From Lytechinus pictus (Eukaryota), in contig NC_087251.1 of NCBI RefSeq assembly GCF_037042905.1, positions 44,208,001 to 44,268,000 of the forward strand: a DNA stretch of 60,000 bases, in the 5' to 3' direction. Each line of letters begins with the position of its first letter. The stretch's first letter is position 1. The notes beneath the pieces are model-generated. The model searched no databases. It worked only from the letters and a program-made list of their open reading frames with translations, and was not told the origin of the DNA. Shown in pieces: positions 49,767 through 60,000 of the stretch. The translations under genes were made by a program, and so were the position numbers.

Positions 49767-50355
49767 AGGTCAAGTCTGCCCCAGAAAATTTTTGATTTGA
49801 ATAAATAGAGAAAAATCAAACTAGTGTAAAGCTGAAAATTTCATCAATATTGGATGTAAAATATGAAAGTTGTGGCATTTTAAAGTTTCGCTTATTTTTC
49901 ACAAAACAGTGATATGCACAATTCACTGTCATGCAAATGAGCCAGTCGATGATGTCCATCCCTCACTATTTCTTTTGTTTTTTATTGTTTGAATTATACA
50001 ATATTTAATTTTTTACAGATTTGACAATAAGGACAAAGTTGACTGAACCATATAGTATTAAAGAATGCAATTCCACACATGTTCAGGGAGGAATTAATCG
50101 TTGTTTCACTTGACAATGAGGAGAAAATTAGAATATTTCATATAATAAAATACAAAATAAATAGTGAGTGGATGATGTCATCAGTCTCCTCATTTGGATA
50201 CCAGGATGTGTATATAACTGTTTTTTTTAATTAAGCAAAACTAAAATATAACTTTTTATTCTACATCCGATTTTGATGAATTTTTCAGTGTTATGCTTGT
50301 TGGATTTTTCTTTTTTTTTCATCCAAATCAACTTTTTGTTGGGGTGGACTTGTCT
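49767..50355. mobile_element. Kolobok-like MITE; fragments of the same family at 14.8, 28.6, 42.5, 47.5 and 54.1 kb
   Basis: TTAA|AGGTCAAGTC...GACTTGTCT, long imperfect TIRs. Confidence 0.7.
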
Positions 50356-51899
50356 TTGAAGGGTTTTACTTTTGATAATTGTTAACGACAATACACCAGA
50401 CGGTGGCCTGTACTGGTTCCAGAAGAAGAGGAAGAAGAATAAAACCAAAGGTTGTAGACCAGCAACCTTTTGCCCTTTCAACCCAATATGGAAATCTCAT
50501 TTTAAAGCTGAACAATGTTTGAATCATTATTTTTTTACAAAAGCATGCACTAAGAATGGCAGTAAGTATGTATAACACAATGAAATATAGGGAGCGAAGA
50601 AGAATGGGAAAATGTGTACCAACCGTCTTTCAAATTTTCAAGTGGGATCTTTTTTTTTCACAACACAAAGTTTCTTGTAACATTTTTTTATGAATGGAAT
50701 AACGAATAATTTCTGAAGACGTTGATTTCATAACATCATCTACATGTATTAAATTTACACATAATATTGCTATTTCTATTGCTGTCTATGGAAGACTGGA
50801 GCCAGTTACCTGATAGTTAAAATAAAACAATAAGAGCATATATATTGTGCAGCTACGCAATTGTTTAAAAACTTTTTGTTTAATTAAAAGAAGGTGAAGA
50901 TGCCTATACTTTATTTAAGCATTTAATTTTGTACTTTTTGACCTTGCTGTCAGGTGCAACTCATTTCTTTCTTTCTTTGACAGACATTCCTCAGTTCTTT
51001 TGCTGTTTAAAACCAATTAGCATTCTTTGATTCCTCTATTGCAGGCTCATCTTGGAAGCTATACTTGATATGCAAATTAACATTTAGAGAATATGTGTGT
51101 TAGCTTGAGCGATTTTGAATGGAAGTGTGTGAGCTGATGTGTGGAGTAGGATAGAGTGTGAGGGGTTGCTTTACTTGTAGAGCAGTGTTTATTCAGTTTT
51201 GGAGAGAGAGGACCTGTCTGTGTCTTCCTTTTGGCCTGTATTCACAAGTCAAGTTGTAAGTTGAATTTATAATACTTCCAATGTAATTGAATGATAGACA
51301 GGTTAGAGAGCAAAGATACAAATGCTCTTTTGAAATGTGTAATCTAATTATTGTAAACGTAAATCACTGGATTGATTTAATTTGTACTTATTTGCAGTGG
51401 ATACAATATCAGCTTGTTTTGTTATCTTTGTTTAAAAAACTTATGAATAATCATTACTATGGTATGAGAAGTAATATCCTGTTATGAATAATGAGACCTA
51501 TAAATGAAATAGTTACTGTTAAATGCAAGCATTTGTTATGATTAACAGGTAGCTCTTATTGAGGATATCGTCTCGACTTCGGCCACCCCCTGTAAGTTTT
51601 GGCTTGACACCGGAGACGCTTTTGCGAGGCCCCTTACTTTATTGGAGAAACACTACAAATTTTGAATTGATCACCTGCTACCTCAGTGAAATGGTAGGGG
51701 ACTTAAGCTACTTTGTAGAAAAACTTTGTGAGACTGGGTGTCAGTTGCATTCTTGAGTCAGCACTCCAAATCTGAAAGTCAACATTTCATTCTTCAAGGC
51801 CACTGACGCTTTCTTGGACATCGTACCCAAATTTTACTTATTCTTCAGTCCCCATCGCCGCCGTAGGATTGAGGAACTCATATGAGGTGACGTATGCTT

Positions 51900-52493
51900 G
51901 CTAATATTATACTCATGAAAAAAAAAGAAAATTATTTCTTCAGAACTCACAAATACATAATTATAATACACATCGAAGGGATCTTGCTCGTCAGCCTTTT
52001 GCAAGAACAAATGTCACTCTGTCCTTTCATATATCCTGCATTAAAGAATGGAACAGTATATACCTGTTGATATAAAAAATAGTAAAACTCTTTCCATGTT
52101 CCAAAGGTTATCCAAAACTTACTTTCTTGAAAGGTTATGATTATTTTCCTTCAATATGTATTTTAGTACTTTTTTGTAAGTTGATGACCTACTCATAAAT
52201 GTTAAATACGTGTGCATGTGTATGTGTGCGTATATGTGTGTATATAGTTTCCATTCTAGTTTAGCATCTTAACCTCATATAAACTTGTTTCTCTCTTGTA
52301 TTCCGTGGATTAGTATATCCCAAATTTTATGTTATTAATCATGTTAAGTATTCCAGGGCCCCGCTCACAAGCTTGCTTTTAAAGGGGTCCTAAAACCAAT
52401 TCGTCTATACTTTATGTGTTTATGTACTCATATGCATTGTATGTGATCATAATGTGATTTTTTTGGGGGGGTTTTAAATAAATAAACTTGAAA
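51900..52493 (+). mobile_element. LINE 3' end remnant
   Basis: Decayed IKEWNS..DIKNSKTL motif and AATAAATAAACTTGAA tail. Confidence 0.5.
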
Positions 52494-52546
52494 ATATACT
52501 CATTATGAAACAGGCTCTTGGTCTGTTATCTCCTTGGATGGCATAG

Positions 52547-52831
<285 letters not shown>

Positions 52832-52875
52832 TGAGGAATGGAGCAGGTGTTCATCAGGAGGCGCTGGCGGTTCAG

Positions 52876-53032
52876 AGCCCCATTGCATAAAAGTTACCAT
52901 TATGGTAACTTTGCCATCCAATGGTAACTTCCATGATTTACTTGATTCTGATTGGCTGTTGATCATCATTACCATGGTAATTAGCATTGGATAGCAAAGT
53001 TACCATGATAGTAATGTTTATGCAACAGGGCC
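52876..53032. mobile_element. Harbinger-like MITE, CAG TSD
   Basis: TIR GCCC..TTGCATAAA, CAG on both sides. Confidence 0.75.
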
Positions 53033-53095
53033 CAGGTGGATAGGAGAAAGTTGCTTGGAAGGCATCCACATGTGGTTATCTGATGGTGAGATCAG

Positions 53096-53536
53096 GACCC
53101 GTCTTACAGAGGGTTGCGATTGATCCGATCAATCTCAACTATGGAAAGCCAGCAACGTCATCTAAAATGCATGTTTGTTCAAAATGTTTTCTAGCTATGA
53201 TGTATATTCATAAATTCATTGTTTTCTTGATAATTTGGTGTGTTTGCCTTTGTTTACAAAGAACATTTTGCAAATTTCCTGTAGAAAAAATTATGACACT
53301 GATGGACTTCCATAGAGTTACAATTGATCCGATCACCTAAGTATATGGAAATCCATCAATGTCATCATTTTTTCTTTAGCAAATTTGCTCAATGTCCTTT
53401 GGGAACAATGAGAAGCATACTAAATTGTCAAGAAAACGGTGAATGTATGAATATACATCATAAATAGAAAATATGTTGATGGCTTTCTGTAGCTGTGAAT
53501 GATTGGATCAATCGTAACTCTTTGTAAGATGAGACC
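53096..53536. mobile_element. Harbinger-like MITE, CAG TSD, with internal rearrangement
   Basis: Same family as 18660-18926. Confidence 0.75.
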
Positions 53537-56339
53537 CAGGTCTGACATCATTGTTGAATGGCCAACTCAAGTTCCCACTGGAGAGGACACAAAGTATAGG
53601 GTATGGATGGTGGACTTTGATCTACGAACTAGCTGAGTCCATGGTTGGAAAGATCACCCGATGCAGTCTCATCATGGTCGAGGGGCGATCAAGGATCCAG
53701 TTGGTCTTCCACCTGCTCAAGCCCCAGGGAATTTATGTGACATGTCGGGAATGTTCCCAAATACGTTAAAGACGATGCTGAACAGATAGCCAAATCGGTT
53801 CACCTTCTACTCATGTCAATGGCGTACAGATTGGGGGGGGGGGGGTGGACTCCCCCAAATTTTCATGACCCAACAAAATGGGGGGGGGGGAAGAAAAATG
53901 ATGAAATACAATATTTTCTCATTATCATGTCAAATCTATCACAATTTCCAAAGTTTCAGAATTTTTACCCAAACACCATTATGGTTGTTCTCACCGTTTG
54001 TTTTCCTTTTATTGTATGAATTCTACAACATTTTTCACTATTAGAAGGAGACTCGGCATTGACAATAAGGGCCCTTTTGAATGTACCACATATAGTTGAA
54101 ACAATGACATGGAAGAATATAACTTTTTATGACATTATGATACAGAGACAAATAAAATTTTTCATTTTTATTATAATAAAATACAAAAGAAATAGTGAGT
54201 AGATGATGTCTTCATTTCCCTCATTTATATACCATCCAGGATGTGCATATACCTGAGAAATTAAGCAAAACTTCGTTATTTCATATTGCATTTTGAGTTT
54301 TTTGTTGCTTAGCTTGGTTAAATTTTTTTTTTTTTGGGGGGGGGGGATCTGAAATACGCCGAGTCAATCTGAACTATTCCAAGTTCCTCTGCAAATGACA
54401 TTTGGGATAAATTTTAGAATTTGTTATTTTGTCTGCACTGTTGATCATTAAATGATTGTGTTACAACCATTGGCAGCGATTCCGGGGAATGGGGGGACAT
54501 GCTCCCCCCCCCCCCCTTTATTTCAAATTTTGTACAGCAGCCTATTGGAAAGAATTGTCTCCTTTCCCCTAAATATAGACCAAAATTTTTCACGAAATCG
54601 CTGCCAATGGTGACACCTCTGTTTGGCTACTTGTATTCATTATCGACTGGATTCTTATAAAACGTTTCTCTCCATCATCTCTCTCTTTCTTTCTGCCCTT
54701 CCCTCTTTCTTTCTTCCTTCCTTTCTTCTTTCTTTCTGTCCTTCCCTTTCTTTCTGTCCTTCCCTTTCTTTCTCCCCTTCATCTCTTCCCCCTGTCTCTT
54801 TCTTCTGTTGTCTCTCTCTTTCCCTCTCTTATTCCCCCTTTCTATTATCACTTTCTTCTACCACCCCGCCCAACTCCGGTATTTCACTTTCTTTGCACAT
54901 GAGCAAAGAAGATGATCCCCCTCTGAAAGGGACTTTCACACTTGGTTGCAAGACTATTTGGTTACAAGATATTTGAACATGATAGTGATGCCTACACAGT
55001 CGAGTAACCAATTTTGAAAGACCCTTTATGTATATTTTGTCTACCCCATTTTCATACAGCCTTTGGGAAATGGAGTGAACTTCATGAAATGCATCAACAA
55101 ATTTCATATCAATAAAACCTGATTCAACAATCCTTTCAGCAAAATGATTGAACAAACTTCCAAGTATCCTCCGATCCAAAACGTCTTATGATATATATAT
55201 TAGAAACATTTGCAAGCTTTATCTGACGTAGAAGTACAACATTTAGCATTGTCATTTTGAAATATTCTCGCTTTGTGAATCTTTGTGTTGCATTTCTTAA
55301 TAGATGATTATTATTGAAGAATATAAATCAATTGTGTGACAAAATACAACACAATGTTGGAAAATCTAGTCAAACAAATTTCGAATGCATAAAATGTATT
55401 CAATAAAATGTTAATTTTGTGAAGTTCACTCTTGTCACATAAAAAAAGATACTTGGCTTATAGTTATACAGTGCATAAAAAGGTAATCCAAATCTTGAGG
55501 GTCAAATAGAAAATAAAAGAGAAAATTCCCTGCTTTCTATTGATACTGATTACCAAATGTTCAGTATCACTCAGTTAAGGCATGAATTCAAATTTTATCT
55601 TTGCTTTTCTCTTCAAAACCAACAAGATGGGAATTGTTCCTGAAAATGTAAGCCTATTTAGAAATTTTCTTTGGAAAAACAAATAATGTAAACTTGTAAA
55701 ATAGTAATTTAAAAGAATATTGACCTTCTATATTTGGTTTACAGTACTCGGGGGGGGGGGGGGGGGCCTAATAGCTGGCTGGTATTCTGAAATCGTGTTA
55801 TCTTTTGAATTGCCTTTATCAACTGCGATAAGAAATTTTAAAATGGTAGATATGGTCCCTTTATACTGCGTAAATAACCAATTTGCAAGACCCTGTTGCA
55901 TAAAATGACTAAAATAATATGGATCCTAATCATACAATTGGCTGAAATCTATCACATGACCAGTCCTATATTTTAGCAAATAAAAAATAGCTTATGATTG
56001 GTACTAATAATCTAGTTCTATTAAAAGGTCATAGTTTTGAAATGACCGTTGATGAAATAAGGATCCACATCACTATCTTATACAAACATATAATACACAT
56101 CATTTTCCTTGGGCATTAGGAAAGTATACTCGTTGCCTTGCATCGGGTATATTATATCCGTTTCAAAGTTTCACTGTACCATGTGTATGTAATGCCCTTG
56201 ATTTGTATTTGTATACTATTAAAGTGGCATTGCCATCCAATGGCAATGTGACTTTAAAGTAAATTTTATGCAACAGGGACATGGGAGATTTTGGCCTTGG
56301 GGGTCAAAATGGTTTTTAAAAAAGGGTGGTCAGGAAGTT

Positions 56340-56612
56340 ACAATGGTTAAAAAGGGGCAATTGGTGGGGGGGGGGGGTCACAATGGATAAAAAGGGGCAG
56401 TGGGGGTCAATGGATAAAAAGCGGCAGTGGGGGGGGGGCACAATGGATAGAAAGGGGCAGTGGGGGTCAATGGATAAAAAGGGGCATTTTGGGGCACAAT
56501 GGATAAAAAGGGGCAGTGGGGGGGGGGGCGCAATGGATAAAAAGGGGCAGTGGGGGGGGGGGGCACAATGGATAAAAAGGGGCAGTCGGGGTTACAATGT
56601 ATAAAAAGGGGC
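56340..56612. repeat. G-rich minisatellite of about 30 bp
   Basis: CAATGGATAAAAAGGGGCAGT(G)n, about 8-9 units. Confidence 0.9.
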
Positions 56613-58769
56613 ATGCCATGCTTCACAGAATATGGGATAGACACAAATAAGCAGAACTGAAAAGCAAATTTTTTTTCAAGAGCAGCCCAGAAGATTCATT
56701 CAAGTATACGGAACACCATAGCAGCTGACCTCTTGATTCAATGGGGCAAACCCCACCCCTCACAAAATGACCCACAGCCTGATCTGAGCTTGAGGTCTCC
56801 TTGACAAAATCACACAATATGTGACATCACTACCAAGAGACCTATTTTTCAGTGTGCAGTGAAGGGCACCGGACACTGTTGGGCACTTGCAACAATGAGA
56901 GTGCTTTATTAATGACGGTAGGGAGCTTTCGCTTCAAAAAGCACAACAAATTCAAGAACACAGTAAATGTATTGAAAATGCCCGTCAAATGACAAAGAAC
57001 AGCTGGGAGGTCTTTGTCGAGACTTTATGAACCGGGTCAGCAGTTTGTCCAGAGTCCAGGATGAAACTGCCATTTTGACTCGCCAATTTTCCACAAAGAC
57101 CTAGTTCTTTGTCAAGAAGGGCATTTGACAATACATTTTCTATGTTCTTGAATTCACCATGTGGTGAAAACTCCCCATTAATATTTTGTGTAGCCAAGAG
57201 TATGGAAGACAATGCATTGACTTTCCTAGTGATTATGTTTCGGGGGGGGGGGGGGGCCACTGCTTTTTTTTTTTCTTTTTTGGGGGGAGGGAGCTTTACC
57301 CACATTCTGCTTTCTCTTCCCTACCCCCTACCCTTCCTTCTTCCTGGCCATAAGGATCAGTCTGTTAATCTCCTTTGTAGTTATTCACCCTTGAACATCT
57401 AATTTCCTTTAATCTGCTCCCTTCCTTACAACCATCTCCCCCTCCCCTCCACTGATTGTGCTCTATTCGTATACCTCCCTGTACTATCCATCCAGGGAAG
57501 CATTTCATGAAGATTTTTGTCAGTGATTTTCACCAACAAATCCTTGCATCTGATTGGCTTAGAGTAAATCAGTGATAATCACTAACTCCCTGTATCTGCC
57601 CATTTTCAATCATTTCACATCCTTTCAACATTAACTATCCATGACTGACCCTACAATTTAATATTTAGTATTATTACTAATCATTTTCACATTTCATATT
57701 TCTATTATTAGACAATTCAATTATATTTTCACATTAAAAAAACACTATTCATTGGCTAGTTTATTTTATTATTTTTTTTTTTGGGGGGGAGTTTCTTTTC
57801 AAAAGAGCAAATGGAATATATTACGATTTTGCAAATAAATATACCCTTTTCTGTACATGATGCAATCGCGTTTCTATGAATTTCAAAGAACACTGCATTT
57901 TTATCAAAATAGAAGCCAAGAGGGAAAAGAATGATTTTTAATTTAGAATACACCATCATACAAAAACCAAATGCACTGTAACCATCATGCCACCATGAAC
58001 TCTGAGAGATCAGGCGAGGCACCGACAATGAAAGATAGATCTAATAAGGTTGGGATCTCAACAAAGGCTTGTCCTGAGGGAGTACACTTCATATTCCACA
58101 ATGGTTTATAATTCCCCATCAATCATTACAATACAATGCATGAACCCTAGAAATTAAGCAAAATGTCAAATTTCAAAGACGGCACCCAATAAAAATTCAA
58201 AAAAATCTTTCCATGGATATAAGAAACCAATGAGAACTCTCACAGACAGCACCCAATAAAATTGCCCAAACTTGTTCAGACTGGATGGAGGCCGGAAACC
58301 ACTTCTTTAGCCAAAGGGTCATGGATAGCTTGAACAATCTACCAAAACATGAAATGTCAAATCTGACGGACAGCACCCAACAAAAATTCCCAAACTTGTT
58401 CCACACTGGATATAGGAAACCATGTCTTTAGCCACAGGGCCACTGTTGGAAAAATCTACCAATCACTGCCCTACACACAGACAGGAAGATGGATGAATAT
58501 AGCCTAGCATCACTTCGTATCAAGCTTCAGGACCTGGCTGAGAAACTTCTCTGACATGATCAGACAAATTATAAGCAACAAGGAAATAATTCTATGATGG
58601 TCTGCAAATTATGCATCGTATGATGATTGCAAGAAAGTGAAAGACTCCCAAGTTCCCATAAAAGATGGGTAGATGGCACAAGATCAAAAGATAAGCAAAT
58701 TGAATCATTGAGTGGAGGCCCTTCTCCAAATATAACTGGCAATGGTAAGCAGGAACATGAATACCTTAA

Positions 58770-59245
58770 CCCTATCTAGCCGGGGGGGAGGGGGGGGGGC
58801 TTTTTTATCCCTCAACATTTTTCGAATAAATCTGTAAAGATCAGGCCACAAAATTTCATGGAATTTTTCTCACGCAACTTTTAAGACCCAATATTGCTCA
58901 AAAACGTGATTTCATTTTACAAATCTAATGCATATTCTTTCTGTAGCCGAAATTCATAAATGTATCATTTTTACCTTTACAAGCTATTGATGATGATTTT
59001 CATCAATTTTGTATTTTAAAAGATGAAAAACAAAGGGGGGGCTAAAAAAAAAAACCAATCGAATGCAAATTCTTTATGTAGCCGAAATTCATAAATGTAT
59101 CATTTTTACCTTTACAAACTATTGATGACAATTTTCATCATTTTTTGAATAAAAAGATGAAAAACAAATTAAGGGGGGGGGCTAAAACCACCCCCCCCCC
59201 CCCCCCCCGGCTATGCAATTTCAAAATAGCCTGGGCTATATAGGA
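58770..59245. mobile_element. piggyBac-like MITE related to 27846-28617
   Basis: TTAA|CCCTAT...ATAGGA|TTAA, shared internal sequence, internal duplication. Confidence 0.65.
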
Positions 59246-60000
59246 TTAAACACAGTAACTTCCTCTCACTTTAAGGGATTACATTTCTGAACACCTGAAC
59301 GTGATGAAATTCCTCTACACAGGAAATCTATTCAAAATTCTTTCCAAACAAGAACGTTTCCTCCTGGACACAGAAATTGAAAGTTGACAAAGATTTCAAG
59401 AACCTGCCTTATTAGGATTCAAACAAGTGCATTGTGGTTTAATAGTAGAGTTACAGACTACACCAGAAAATGTATCAGATGTATGTAGCTTCCCTTTCGG
59501 TGACAATATCGGCATGCATGAGGAGCAAAAATGGTCTTTATTGACTTTGACTCTATACTACCAAGACTTCACATTGCCTTTCATTTTATCAGAGTCAAAT
59601 AAATCTGGGAAAATCTAATAAACACAGGAAAATATCAAATGGCTGGAAAAGACAAAAAAGAATGACCAACTGGAACTAGATCCACTGAGAATTCCTCTAA
59701 TGCCACCACACAGATGCCAACACTTTCACAAGATATCAGCATTTGTGAGTCCAAGAAGTGTGTATTTTGCATGAGGTTTTGAAGAACTTGGGATATCATG
59801 CATTAGCTGAAAGGAACACCATTGCTTGTGGTCAGACAGCACTTGAAGATTATCGCAACATTACCAGATTCCAAACACCAAATATAAGATGTCACATGCA
59901 ACTGAAACAAATTTCTCGAAGTTAGCAGCGTTCTCTTCACACAGACGTCGCCAGTTCCTCTCTCTTATCTTTGTGCAGAACAAATGATCAATAACACCGA

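Overview
AT-rich, intron-rich animal genomic DNA; an echinoderm (sea-urchin-like) origin is an unverified inference from the repeat landscape. It carries two intact + strand genes rebuilt from GT-AG splice sites. One is ABCC10/MRP7 (18 coding exons, 5207-27113, about 1596 aa, TMD0-TMD1-NBD1-TMD2-NBD2). The other is C1D/Rrp47 (6 coding exons, 36415-46203, 144 aa). One ABCC10 intron is almost filled by a decayed Crypton-type tyrosine-recombinase element (DUF3504-like, minus strand). There is a truncated histone H4 fragment at 52.6 kb. The rest is mostly non-autonomous DNA transposons (Harbinger-, Kolobok-, piggyBac-, Tc1/mariner-, CMC/EnSpm- and Helentron/HINE-like), tRNA-derived SINEs, LINE remnants and satellites. 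The most unusual observations are: (1) tandem duplication of splice sites on both sides of ABCC10 exons 10/11, including in-frame 117-bp alternative donors; (2) an H4 tail that runs in frame into a nearly open reading frame once two MITEs are removed; (3) serial same-site and nested MITE insertions; (4) a CpG-rich MITE packed with transcription-factor motifs. I cannot demonstrate a new biological system from sequence alone. TE superfamily labels rest on termini and TSDs only.
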